This document shows positions 38,218-49,015 of a stretch of DNA of 64,000 nt, one piece after another. The stretch's first letter is position 1. Every line of letters starts with the position of its first letter. The translations under genes were made by a program, and so were the position numbers. The stretch is taken from NCBI GenBank assembly GCA_032718475.1, contig JAUCBJ010008077.1, forward strand, positions 62,001-126,000, in the 5' to 3' direction. The notes below the pieces were generated by a model that did no database searches, was not told the origin of the DNA, and saw only the letters and a list, made by a program, of their open reading frames with translations. Origin of the DNA: Nemertoderma westbladi. Its lineage: Eukaryota > Animalia > Xenacoelomorpha.

Positions 38218-41200
38218 TCACAATCGTTTGAGCCATGCTAACTTGCGGCACGCGTCAGTCCATGATCTAGTTAGGTTCACTATCCTGTCAACGTAAGTGT
38301 TGGTGACGTCATCGGGTAAGGTGTAGTCGTAGTGTGGATACTTGTCTGGACTTGGTAGGCCCACGGGCCTTCCGGTAGGTTTGTCTGAGTCCCCAAGTAC
38401 GTCAATCTCTACGGTCTTACCTTTGCCGTCCGCACCTAATGTGTCGACTGGCAGTAATGGTTTCAACTCTACAGTGTCAGTGTGTTCCTGTGAGCCTGTA
38501 AGCTTCCTAACCTTAGTCACACGTTTACCTGTAGGTAAGTCAAGTACCTTCTTCGAGCGGAGTGTAATCCCTGTGGCCACACCTCTGTCGTCCAAAGAAG
38601 TCAAATTCGGTGAGTCTCTAAAGGTCCGCTCCAATGGGTCTTCTAATGGAGTGTTTAGTAGACAGTCTGGTGAAGCGTCTGGTGAACAGTCTGGTGAGAC
38701 GTCTGGTGAGACATAGCGCGGAACATCCAGCGAAATGTCCTGTCGTCGGTCCCAAAGTCTGTCTAGCGTAACTTCTGTCAGAAAGTCTGGTTCAAAGTCT
38801 GGTCTAAAGTCTGGTGGACAGTCTGTCGAGATGTCTGGCGGAAAGTCTGGTGAGACATCCGGTAGACATTCTGTCGAGAGTTCCATCAAACAACCTGGCG
38901 AACAATCCGGAGAACAATCTGGTGTCTCTTCTGGTGAATAGTCTGGCGAGTAATCTGGTGAACAATCCGGCGAAACGTCTGGTGAAATCTCCCGCGGAAC
39001 ATCCGGCGAAGGATTCGTACAAGCGTCTGGTCGAATGTCTGGTGAGACGTCTGGCGTAATGTCAGGTCTAGCATCCAGGTCATCAGATTTCGTCCGTCCT
39101 TTTTTCCTCTTGACCTTGGCGTTGGCTTTCGCTTTAGACTTGACAACCTTGTCGAGTTTTATCTCGGCACCCTCTGGTATGGTGTTGGTTGTCGCGTCGA
39201 ATAACGGTGGCCATTCGTCTGATGGTTGCTGTAGGAAATCGGGTCCTCTAAACCAAAAGGATTTATTGTCCAGTTTACAAAAGTCAAGTGGTTGCATCCC
39301 CCGTGACGCGATGTCAGCTGGGTTCAGCTTCCCTGGACAGTGACGCCAATCTTGTTTGAGCGACCGGTCTAATATTTCAGCCCGTCTGTTGGATACGAAA
39401 GTCTTGAACTCAAATGTTTCGTTGTTTATGTACCAAAGTACCAACGTCGCATCCGTCCAATATGTGACCTTCAAGTTAGCCTCCAGCTCGCGTTGAACTA
39501 GACTGACAATATCGGTGGATATCGTCCCGGCTTGCAGCTCCCCACGAGGTACAGTCATATACTTCAATGGCATCGTTCTAGCCCTTGAAGTAACGAGAGA
39601 TACATCGTAGCTGTCCGATGTCACTTGTCGTCTAAGGTATAAAGTAACCCCCAATCCATCCTTGCTAGCGTCACTAAAGCTGTGAAGCTCTAAATCGGCA
39701 GGAAAGGTGGTTTGCAAAGGAAAGTATACCCTTGGTATGGTATAGTCTCGTAGGAACATCAGTTGGGCTTCCCAGTCCCTCCATCGCTCAGCTAACTTTT
39801 CTGGGATGGGATCGTCCCATTCCAGTCCGGCTTGCCAAATGCTGCGGAGTATGATCCTAGCATGTAGGATCACTGGACTAATGAAACACAATGGGTCATA
39901 CAATCGACTCATGGTCGATAAGCAAGTCCTCTTAGTGAGAGGTCTAGTCTGGTCGTTGGACCTTACACATACCCTAAAAATGTCGGTGTTGGGGTCCCAA
40001 CTAAGTCCTAATACTTTGGTCGTCGGCAGAGGTTCTAAGTCTAAGTCCAAGTCACCTCCGCTGCGATCCATTGGGTCAAATGAGTTCACCAGCTCGGGTT
40101 CGTTGGAAGCGAACTTCGTCAGGTGAAATCCGCCCTCAGCGAGACAATCCTGGAGTTGGTGTGCTACGGTTGTAGCGCGCTCGAAGGTGTCACAACTCTT
40201 GAGGCCGTCATCCACGTAGAAGTCTCGTTCCACGGTCCGAACTACTTCTGGGTCAAATTGGTCTCGTCTGTCCAATGCTGTCTGCTTTAAGGCGTACATG
40301 GTGCAGTTGGGGCTGTCCCTGGCTCCGAAAACTCTTACCTGCATTTGGTAAGTTTCTGGCAGAAGTTGTAAGTTTCCGTCCGGATACCAAAGAAACCTCA
40401 AACTGTCCCTGTCCCGCTCCAAAGCCTTAACCTGGTGAAACATGGCCTCTACGTCACAGGTGAAAGCCACTTTGCGTTGTCTAAAACGCATTAGGACTCC
40501 CATGAGGTAATTATTCATATTCGGCCCATCCATCAGTTCGCTGTTCATAGACATCCCTTGGTAAAGCGCAGCGCAGTCGTTGACTACACGCACCTTGCCA
40601 GGTTTGTCCGGGTGTCGAACAAAATGATGTGGCAGGTAATATGTCTGGTCTGTGGTTACCTCGGGATTTAACATCCTAATGGCGTATCCCTTTTGGAGAT
40701 ACGTCTGAAGTTGTGCATTGTATTGCATATGGGCCGTCTCGTCTCGCAACAATCGCTGCCTGATTGATCTGAGTCGCCTCAAAGCAAGCGGGTAATTGTT
40801 AACGAGCTTTGGTTGTCCATTGCGCCACAACATACCAACCTCATAGTGGCCATTCGCGGTCTGGCGAATGGTATCTCTCATAATATTTTTTGACCGTTTT
40901 TCCTGTTCTGACATAGCAGTCTCGTAACTACCGGGTTCTGCTGAGTCCTGTTCCAACCATTGTATGGTCCGTTCAGTCAGCAGTCGTTCAAGCGCTGCTT
41001 GCACTGCGCCATGGTCCTCGTCCACGTCTTCGTCCGCTGCGGTGGCTAGTGTCAAGGTGTCTGGTAGGCTCGCAAGCCTTCCGGTGTCACTAGTCGGCGT
41101 CGAATCGTCGTGCGGCGGTTTGACAACTTCTTGATCTGTCGGTAGGCTCGCAAGCCTTCCAAGATCAACGACCGGTGTCGAAGCCTGGTGGGTGGGGTCA

Positions 41201-44200
41201 ATGACCTTCGGATTTTTCGGTAGGCTCGCAAGCCTTCCAAAATCCTCGTTCATCGAGTCATCCACGGCAACAAACCTTTGGTCTTCAGTAGTCAATACAA
41301 CCTGGTCTACTGCAAGTAGTTGTAAGTCAGAGGTCCGTATGGTCGTGTCCAGATCGGTTACGTCAGTATCGGTGGCGTCTGCGTTAGCGACGCAAGTCTG
41401 TCGTAGTGCCGTCCGTACAATTGGACCACGGGAGTGTGAAGGAGAATTATCTATCGTGTTAGTCAATAAAGTACACGTACTCAAAACGTCGTCCTCCTGG
41501 TCACTTACCTCTAGTGAACGTATTGGTGCTCTAGTATACCAACCTATGGGAGTTCTACATGCGTAGGGGTTGCCCGCTGTAATAACAGATGGGCGTGTCT
41601 CCCATACCTGATGTAAGTTAAACTGGTCTGTCCCAATTAACATCGCAATGGAACGATAATTAACAGAACATTCCGGTATTCCAAGGTGTCGGAAATACTT
41701 ACGATCTTCCGGTGATTGCTCTGGCACAGGGCCGAGCAAGTTACTAAAGTCCTTCGTAGCTGCAAAGGTCAAATTTCTTACCGGAAGTAATGAGCGCTCC
41801 TCCTTGCTGTGTTCCTCTTTGGAAAGAAGAGTGTCTAAGGTTAATTTTACTCTTGTCATAGGGATCGCTCTCTTACCATGCATGCTGCTTACAGTATACT
41901 GAGCAGTCTTACCTTGACTCATGTCCGTAACTACGTCGGCTACTTGTTCGTCGACATAACTATGCGATGACGCAGAGTCTAAGATGGCGTATATACGCTT
42001 GCTCCCTCGGGTTCCGGTAATCTTTATAGGAATCACGCTAAACCCTTTCAATTGGTTCTGTGTGAGGAGCGTTATCGATGGCTGTTCCTCACCTGCATGC
42101 ACGTAGAAAGTGTCGTCTTCCTCCTCGTCCTCGTCCGATGATCCTGACTGATCCATACAGTCGGTATAAAAGGTACGGATCTCGCGCGGCGCACGCTCCT
42201 TATAAAGCGCGTCGCATCTAGCCGCTTTATCTGGATGCTCTCGTCGAAAGCGTCTGGTCGGAGTATGACTGGTTGTGTGAAGCAACGCGTCATGGTTACG
42301 TCCACACAGAGAACATGTATCGTCGCTCGGGCAATCCTTCCGGACGTGTCCTGGCTTCATACATCTCCAACAGGAATCTAGAGATCGGATTTGGAGTCTC
42401 CTCTCCTCGATCCCTAACTCTTTAAAAGCGCGACATCCACATAGTTTATGTTCGCTATGGTTTCTGCCGTTCCGCTCGCAGTATGAGCATCCCACAAAGT
42501 CCGCCGGCAACTGTTGTCGTGGCTGCGTGGTGCCGATAGGCGTCAGAACTTTAGAAGTCTCAGTAGGGGTGGCGTAAGTAACGGCTTTCGCGTTCGTCGG
42601 AAATGGTTTAGTCCGATTCGGCGCAGAAACAGCTATCCCTTCCGCCGCGATATGGTGATCGGTATAGTTCGATCGAGTCTCGATCACGGCCTCCCGTGAA
42701 ATAAGTTGATAGACATCGGTGAGTTTTAATAACCCTCCGGCCTCTTCGCGCTGGTACTCGATGCGTCGCCATTCTCGTCGTAGTCGATGGTGAAGTCGAC
42801 CGATTATTCGAATGAGAACCGTCGGTGCGTTAGCGTACTCGAGTTGTCCAATGGACCGTAAAGTCCCTATAGCGTTCTTTATTTCGTCCGCGAGTCGTAA
42901 AAGGTCGATCGGTCTCGAAATGTTGCCTCCTCTGCAGAGGTCTTCATTGATGGATTTAGCCATGGCGACATTACCGCCGTAAATCGAATACAAACGGTCG
43001 TACGCCAATTCAAAGGCATCGGGAACTCCAATAAAGGTTTCCACTAATCGTTTCGGCTCACCAGACAGGACTTGGAGCAAGTAATTAAACTTCTCCGTCG
43101 AGGTGAAAGCACACTTAGCGATCTGGGACTCTACGTAGTCTACCAGTGTGCGCCAGTGTTTCGCGTTGCCAGAGAACTTCGGCGGTTGCTGTGCCGGTAA
43201 TCCGTGTCTAGCCGCGAATTTCGCAATCTCGCTAACCAAATCCAACTGTCCGCGTCCCTGTTCGGTGGCGTCGTCCAGTCGCTCCCTTCCGCGCGTTGTT
43301 CGTCGGTAGGAATTATTAACGGGATCTTCTTCTCGATGTGTCGGAGTCCATCTAGTCTCCTGTTCTCTCCTCGGTGGTCGATGTTGTCTAGGTTGTTCCA
43401 ACTCCACGCTGGTTCGTGATCGATCCGACGGTTGCGCTTCGAGTCGCTCTTCTATCTGAGCTAGTCGGTCCGCTACAGGTTGCATTATTTCGGCGAGTCT
43501 GTTGGTGCTGATCGCTTCCGCTGGTTGCAACGTGGGTTTCTGTTGGGGTGTTTCTCGAGGTGGATTGTCGATGTAGGGATTCGTCGACCTCTCCTCTCGT
43601 TTGTAATCTTCCGCCGCTCCAGTACGGAATATTTCCCGTTCCGTCGACTCCGAGTCGCTAGATGAGTCGCTGTCGTCCGGATAAGGTGGCTGGCGGGTTC
43701 GTGTCCGGCGTATTATTCTCGGTTTCGTCCGTTGTGGTCTGGAATCTACGGCTCTCCGTTGTTCGGTAGGCTCGCAAGCCTTCCACGAAGTCGTAGGTCT
43801 CGCTATACGTTGTCCGATCCCGTGGGTACTACCCACATCCATCCTCCTCCGTAGTTCGGTAGGCTCGCAAGCCTTCCACGAAGTCGTAGGTTGCGTCGAA
43901 CATTGTGTCAACGGTCGAGTGAAATAGTCGGGTTTCGTAGTCGGTCTGTAAATAACTGGATTTGCACAGCACGTCACAGGTTTAACTTGTAATGGTTTAC
44001 TCACCTGTTTAATGGTCATAAACGCAGGTTCCTCTCTTCCTACAAGTAGACTACGACTTACTGTAGGTGGACTAGTTATGTTACCTGCTAAAATTGGCGA
44101 TGAAGTCGCCCTAGGTTGCGGTATTTCCGTCACAACAAACCTGTTGCCTTGCGTCGAACGCATAGGCGTTATTTCCTTAGGTTTCGTAACGAAGACCGGT

Positions 44201-45684
44201 TTTATCGGAGTCGTGGGTTTGAGCACAGGAATAACTTGGGGAAAACGTTTACAGTAATCCTCGACGAACTCCTCTCCTCGATCTATCGCTCCCACACTTC
44301 CTTCCTCGATCCGCTTCTGTATTCCGCGATATCGAGCTTCCATACGATCCAGGGCAGACAAGTCGTGTCCAGTTCGCGATCTTATAGATCTATCTCTCGC
44401 GTCGAGTTCGAGGTCCGCTTGCGCGTTCGCTGTCTCGCGCGATCTACGATTCAATTCGAACTGTAGTTGCATCTCCCTTTCGCGTCGATCCGCTACTTGT
44501 TGTTGTGCCGCTAACTCCGCTTCCTGTATAGCTAATCGTGCGTTTATTTGTCGTGCCTCCAACTTAGCACGAGCGTCGGACGCTGCCTTCTTCCGTGCTA
44601 ACTCAGCTGCGTTTACCGCCGCAACTCGTACTAGCTCGTCGGCTGCCGCCGCCGCGGCTGCTTCTTGCGCCAAGTTTTCCTCCAATCTGCGCATTTCCGA
44701 AGCTTCGAATTCGGCTTGCGCCTTGAGTTGCGCAATTCTTGCCTCGTCCTCTCTATGTTGTTTCTCTCCTTCGATGGCGATCTGTGCCATCTGGTGTTGC
44801 GCTTCTTCCTCGGTGACTTGTTGTCGGCGTGCAACCTCCTGTTGTTGTCGAGTAATTCCAGACGCTGTTCTACTAACGTCGCCAACGTTGCCAACGTCGC
44901 TCCGTACGCTAACGAACGATCTATCCAGTGGTGGATGTTGGTAGGCTCGCGAGCCTTCCGTAGTGAGAATTTCCGTCGTCCCTCGCGGTTCGACTTCCGG
45001 TTCGTCGATCGGTACGCCGCATCTACGAAGAAAATTGGTCAGCGTTTCCAACCTTCCGTCCAGGCAGTAGAGTTCTTCTTCCTCTTCGGGTTGTAACAAC
45101 GCGTCCGAAACTGACTCACCTAACAGTTGGTCAAACTGCTCCTGTTGAGCCAATCTTATTACTGACTTAAACTGGATAATGCTTTCTTTCGCACTTACTA
45201 ATTTATCTACTATCTTTACCTGAGTAAAGTTGTCGCCACGCAACTCTGCAAGTTCGTGTAAACCTTTAAGTTTATCTACGGAGGCATGTACCCTACTTTC
45301 TATCCTTACCTGTAAGGTGTAGAACTCGTATCTCGACATCGGGGCGGTTAACTCGCGTAAAACGCGAAAACCTTCTCCGAGGTTCCGAGTAATCTGGGCC
45401 ATGTGTCCTCCTATACTCCTAATAACGTTCTCCTGGCTTCCAGTCGAACTTACCATGTCCGGTTCCCGCGATCTAGTCTGCGGGACGGTAAGGAAATCTT
45501 CGATTCTGCCGTCGCCACGCGTTGCGGCTTCCGGTATTTCCGTTCGGGGTACCGGCGACGCAAGCGGTGTGACATCGGTGGAATCTCGGGTTCTCCTTCT
45601 CGGTTCGTCTACTGTCGATCTGTCCGGGTCGCACGAGTCATAGTCGGTAGGTGGGTATCTCGTCGAATGGGGTGTGTCACTCAT
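38218..45684 (-). CDS. pol: BEL/Pao Gag-Pro-RT-RNase H polyprotein, 2488 aa
   Basis: PPKFSG gag; CSYC/CWRC/CSLC knuckles; AILDSAS protease; YYLPHH and DFYVDD RT; HSFSDAS, YWTD, NPADIASRG RNase H. Confidence 0.96.
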   Translation of the reverse strand: MSDTPHSTRYPPTDYDSCDPDRSTVDEPRRRTRDSTDVTPLASPVPRTEIPEAATRGDGRIEDFLTVPQTRSREPDMVSSTGSQENVIRSIGGHMAQITRNLGEGFRVLRELTAPMSRYEFYTLQVRIESRVHASVDKLKGLHELAELRGDNFTQVKIVDKLVSAKESIIQFKSVIRLAQQEQFDQLLGESVSDALLQPEEEEELYCLDGRLETLTNFLRRCGVPIDEPEVEPRGTTEILTTEGSRAYQHPPLDRSFVSVRSDVGNVGDVSRTASGITRQQQEVARRQQVTEEEAQHQMAQIAIEGEKQHREDEARIAQLKAQAEFEASEMRRLEENLAQEAAAAAAADELVRVAAVNAAELARKKAASDARAKLEARQINARLAIQEAELAAQQQVADRREREMQLQFELNRRSRETANAQADLELDARDRSIRSRTGHDLSALDRMEARYRGIQKRIEEGSVGAIDRGEEFVEDYCKRFPQVIPVLKPTTPIKPVFVTKPKEITPMRSTQGNRFVVTEIPQPRATSSPILAGNITSPPTVSRSLLVGREEPAFMTIKQVSKPLQVKPVTCCANPVIYRPTTKPDYFTRPLTQCSTQPTTSWKACEPTELRRRMDVGSTHGIGQRIARPTTSWKACEPTEQRRAVDSRPQRTKPRIIRRTRTRQPPYPDDSDSSSDSESTEREIFRTGAAEDYKREERSTNPYIDNPPRETPQQKPTLQPAEAISTNRLAEIMQPVADRLAQIEERLEAQPSDRSRTSVELEQPRQHRPPRREQETRWTPTHREEDPVNNSYRRTTRGRERLDDATEQGRGQLDLVSEIAKFAARHGLPAQQPPKFSGNAKHWRTLVDYVESQIAKCAFTSTEKFNYLLQVLSGEPKRLVETFIGVPDAFELAYDRLYSIYGGNVAMAKSINEDLCRGGNISRPIDLLRLADEIKNAIGTLRSIGQLEYANAPTVLIRIIGRLHHRLRREWRRIEYQREEAGGLLKLTDVYQLISREAVIETRSNYTDHHIAAEGIAVSAPNRTKPFPTNAKAVTYATPTETSKVLTPIGTTQPRQQLPADFVGCSYCERNGRNHSEHKLCGCRAFKELGIEERRLQIRSLDSCWRCMKPGHVRKDCPSDDTCSLCGRNHDALLHTTSHTPTRRFRREHPDKAARCDALYKERAPREIRTFYTDCMDQSGSSDEDEEEDDTFYVHAGEEQPSITLLTQNQLKGFSVIPIKITGTRGSKRIYAILDSASSHSYVDEQVADVVTDMSQGKTAQYTVSSMHGKRAIPMTRVKLTLDTLLSKEEHSKEERSLLPVRNLTFAATKDFSNLLGPVPEQSPEDRKYFRHLGIPECSVNYRSIAMLIGTDQFNLHQVWETRPSVITAGNPYACRTPIGWYTRAPIRSLEVSDQEDDVLSTCTLLTNTIDNSPSHSRGPIVRTALRQTCVANADATDTDVTDLDTTIRTSDLQLLAVDQVVLTTEDQRFVAVDDSMNEDFGRLASLPKNPKVIDPTHQASTPVVDLGRLASLPTDQEVVKPPHDDSTPTSDTGRLASLPDTLTLATAADEDVDEDHGAVQAALERLLTERTIQWLEQDSAEPGSYETAMSEQEKRSKNIMRDTIRQTANGHYEVGMLWRNGQPKLVNNYPLALRRLRSIRQRLLRDETAHMQYNAQLQTYLQKGYAIRMLNPEVTTDQTYYLPHHFVRHPDKPGKVRVVNDCAALYQGMSMNSELMDGPNMNNYLMGVLMRFRQRKVAFTCDVEAMFHQVKALERDRDSLRFLWYPDGNLQLLPETYQMQVRVFGARDSPNCTMYALKQTALDRRDQFDPEVVRTVERDFYVDDGLKSCDTFERATTVAHQLQDCLAEGGFHLTKFASNEPELVNSFDPMDRSGGDLDLDLEPLPTTKVLGLSWDPNTDIFRVCVRSNDQTRPLTKRTCLSTMSRLYDPLCFISPVILHARIILRSIWQAGLEWDDPIPEKLAERWRDWEAQLMFLRDYTIPRVYFPLQTTFPADLELHSFSDASKDGLGVTLYLRRQVTSDSYDVSLVTSRARTMPLKYMTVPRGELQAGTISTDIVSLVQRELEANLKVTYWTDATLVLWYINNETFEFKTFVSNRRAEILDRSLKQDWRHCPGKLNPADIASRGMQPLDFCKLDNKSFWFRGPDFLQQPSDEWPPLFDATTNTIPEGAEIKLDKVVKSKAKANAKVKRKKGRTKSDDLDARPDITPDVSPDIRPDACTNPSPDVPREISPDVSPDCSPDYSPDYSPEETPDCSPDCSPGCLMELSTECLPDVSPDFPPDISTDCPPDFRPDFEPDFLTEVTLDRLWDRRQDISLDVPRYVSPDVSPDCSPDASPDCLLNTPLEDPLERTFRDSPNLTSLDDRGVATGITLRSKKVLDLPTGKRVTKVRKLTGSQEHTDTVELKPLLPVDTLGADGKGKTVEIDVLGDSDKPTGRPVGLPSPDKYPHYDYTLPDDVTNTYVDRIVNLTRSWTDACRKLAWLKRL
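38660..39070 (-). repeat. 12-bp coding minisatellite (PDxS tetrapeptides) in the RNase H-integrase linker
   Basis: PDVSPDCSPDYSPDYSPEETPDCSPDCS... Confidence 0.85.
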
Positions 45685-48215
45685 GTCTTATTATATACGT
45701 CAAGTACGGGTAATAAAATGTCAAAGTGTCTGAATGTTGAAGTGTCAAACTTACCTTGGTATATATAGTATCTATATACCCTAACCGGTACAAATAAATC
45801 AACAAGTCAGAATGTCGAAATGTCAAAATGTCGAAATGTACAAATGTCAAACTTACCTTGATATATATATATATCATATATATACCCTAACCGGTACAAA
45901 TAAAACTAACAAGGTATATAATAAAATAAGTAGTAATCTAGCCTACCGGCTAAATTTGTACGAATAAGTGAGATAACGATATACGTTAACAAAATATAGA
46001 TCAACAAGTACAAACAATAGGCTAAACAGCAACGTCTAACGGGAAAATAAGTACCAACAACACTACTAATAGACAGTGAAACCCACAAATTTTGAGTACT
46101 ACTGTGCTTTCTTAAGTTTGAATGACGCGAGTCGTAAAACTTACGTTCCTTTGATCTTCCAGTCGTACAAATTCCCAAATACAAACCGGACGTGGGTCTT
46201 TCCGTTTTTCGGCGGCGCGGATGAATTTATTGTCTCCCAAACTTTGCGAAAAGCGGTCTAATCCTCGAAGCGGTCCAGAAATGAGTCCTTGAGTCCTGAA
46301 AAGGTCGAAGGTGAGAGTTTTACTTCTACGCTTACGAAAAATCTTCCTAGGTACCGATACAAATTGGTCTTTAAACCTTATGTACCTTTTCAAGTACCGA
46401 AAAGTAACACCGCACACACACGGCATAAAACAAAGTGCTACAAACTAACTGTTAGCTAGTCAAATATTAAATACGAAAGTACTAGCTACCCTAAAAGCCT
46501 ACTGAAGCAGGGGACGTTCTAAATTACTAAATTTACTAACCTTAAATTTTAAATATCTCCTACTTACAATAGCTAACAGATCTAAACTATACTATACACT
46601 AATTTATATAGTACTTCCTACTGTAAGGGTCCAGTAGTATACCGCTTACCAGATCCTAGTAACGATGTATCTTACTATGAGACTCTAGTAATGTATACGG
46701 GCTCGTACAGTATCTGACAACAAATCCCAGTCCAGGATATCTAAACAAACAGATACAATACACAAACGACTACTGGCGAGGAACAGAGCCTAGTATCTAT
46801 TCTATGTACGTGAGCGGGTCTAATGCCTACGTACTAGACAAAAGGATACCTGTCCTCTAACCGGTGAGGCAGATGTACAGTTACAGTAACAGACCAAACT
46901 CACGGGAAAACAATCCCCGCGCAGCGAATCCTAACTATCACTGACAGTCCTAAATACAGTAACTTGCCGCGGTGTGATTTATATGGTTTATATACGAACT
47001 AGGTGGTTAACAGACCTAGTGTAACAATGCTGATTACCCCTGTCTAAATCAGCCTAAAAGTCGTGCCTAAATGTAACGATAACTGATCCCCCTGTACGAA
47101 ATCAGTCTAAAGGGTCAAGCCTAAATGTAACAATACTGCTGGACAGAAAACAACAGTTTAATAATGAAGGTGAAATACTCCTTATTGCCGCAACTAAATC
47201 AGATCCTAATTTTACAAATACAGATAATTTCTGCCTAAAATAATGTATAGTGCGCTATAGCTAGTAGAACTCTAAGGGCAATATATTTTAGGGCGTGTGT
47301 GTGTGGGTGTGTTACAAATAAAACAATTTCGTGTATTTCTTTTTACTAGGTTTTAGTGATTTTCTGACCGAAATAATACCGTGCGCTAGCTACTAAAATA
47401 AACTAGTCGCGTTTTGTAGAACTTTATACTCACAAGTGACGTCAAAGCTCTCTCCTTCCTATCCACAACCCAATGGGCAACCACAGTGTTAGTAACTACA
47501 CCCGTGATCGGCACTAATACCAGATTCTGGTTGTAAGATAAGGAATAGGGGTTAATTGCTACCGTACGTTAGCTGATCTGGTATACTAATTTAATTCTAG
47601 AACTTTGTTGCTGCGGTAGTTAGCAGCAATACCTATCAGTACGTGGCAAGGCGCGGTAGGATATTAATAAACCTCCCTAGGCCAAGCAGTGTGCCGGTAG
47701 CAGAAATGCTCCTTTCCTGATCAAATAGCTAACTCCAGACAGGGGGGGGGGGGGGTACTAATGTACGTTCTACAAAGCGAACCGGTACCAAACAGTCAGT
47801 GCTACGAATCACTAAATTATGGAACATATGCTGTCCGTACCTAATATGTACTCGCGTACTGACGAATGGCAATAGTTCGCACCTGTAGGAAGTACAGGTT
47901 AACCCAGGGGTTCGTAGGACTGACAAAGGGGGGGGTGTTTCTGTCTGAATATAATTATTTGATCCTAAATTTGCGGCGTCCAGTACGGCATCACGCTTAC
48001 CCTGATCTATAGGTCTTACGGCGGGCAAGGGCGTCGAACAAAGTCTTACCTTCTCACAAAGCGGGCGCTGCATGGCAAGTGGAGCATTTCGAAGGGCAAA
48101 GGGGGTGCGCGGTCGATCCAATGTGGGCGCTAGCGTGTTGTGGACATCTTTTCCCTGCGTTGCTTACGGCCTAACGGTCTAGGCTGCCTTCTCCCTGATG
48201 TTTGGCTGTCCCAAA

Positions 48216-48224
48216 GTTGGACCA
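48216..48224 (-). promoter_or_regulatory. PBS of element A
   Basis: On minus: LTR end GAACA, T-rich spacer, then TGGTCCAAC. tRNA not identified. Confidence 0.6.
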
Positions 48225-48234
48225 AAAGAAAACA

Positions 48235-49015
48235 TGTTCAGGAATTTGCAGTATATTTACAGTTTTACAAAGGATTTATCAAATAAAGTTTCAACAAGAA
48301 ACCGAAATAAACTAATAACAATTTAGAATAACGTTATAAGGAGAATTTACAAGCGAGATAACCGAAGGCAAACCGGCCTTTTTATACTAAATATCGCACA
48401 TGGAAACTAAACAGAATTTTCCACAGCTTCACATTTGAGCAATAAAGTGCTTCGTGCCCTATGATTGGCCCAGCTCATCGTTCAACGCAGTCCGGCCCTT
48501 ACACTAATCTGGGACATGGAATCCTAACAGAATTTTCCACTGCCTCACATTTGAGCAATAAGATAATTTATGCCCTATGATTGGCCTGGCTCATCATTCG
48601 CTACGTTGTACGCTTCTCATTGGCCTACCAATTAGCACCAAACGAAAATAAATGGCCCCAAAATACAAATTTCCCGACTGGGATTCGAACTCGTAACCTA
48701 TGTAATGTAACCAACGCCTTAACCATCTGACCACTACGCCACGAGAGTACCTAAGGGTTTTATGTGTACAAATATGAATAGGCATATTACATTACTAGCT
48801 AGGGAAGTACCGGGACTTTAATCACCATCTTCGATACCCGCCTTCCGCTTACCATCAATATTCTGTTGTCAATTCCGTGTATCATTTATTCATTTATACT
48901 ATTATACCCGAAGGACTATATACAACGATCAACAAACTCTTTCACCTTTCACACACGGCGGGGACGCGTAGATTAAAAACCGGATAAACCGGGATCCTCC
49001 CTGGATCCCGTGACA
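48235..49015 (-). repeat. 5' LTR of element A
   Basis: Minus strand TGTCACGGGA...CCTGAACA; TATAAAA at ~48380; CCAAT boxes within an 85-bp segment duplicated at 48399-48483 and 48515-48599. Confidence 0.7.
48672..48740 (-). other. tRNA-derived sequence (Pol III A and B boxes) inside LTR A
   Basis: TGGTCAGATGGTTAAGGCG A box and GAGTTCGAATCCC B box; the acceptor stem does not pair, so not a functional tRNA. Confidence 0.65.

Larger units (their letters stand above)
34480..49015 (-). mobile_element. Large BEL/Pao LTR retrotransposon A (3' end lost)
   Basis: 5' LTR, PBS, ~2.5-kb leader, gag-pol and accessory ORF; already over 14.5 kb without its 3' end. Confidence 0.9.

Noticed and set aside
37109-45768. 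Numerous plus-strand ORFs antisense to element A pol (and minus-strand ORFs over element C)
   Set aside because: Shadow frames of long coding sequence with no independent motifs.
48672-48740. Functional tRNA gene
   Set aside because: No paired acceptor stem or convincing anticodon arm.
27907-49015. A single 21-kb element bounded by two LTRs
   Set aside because: The putative LTRs differ in length and are only patchily similar, no TSD matches, and pol A looks young. A composite is more likely.
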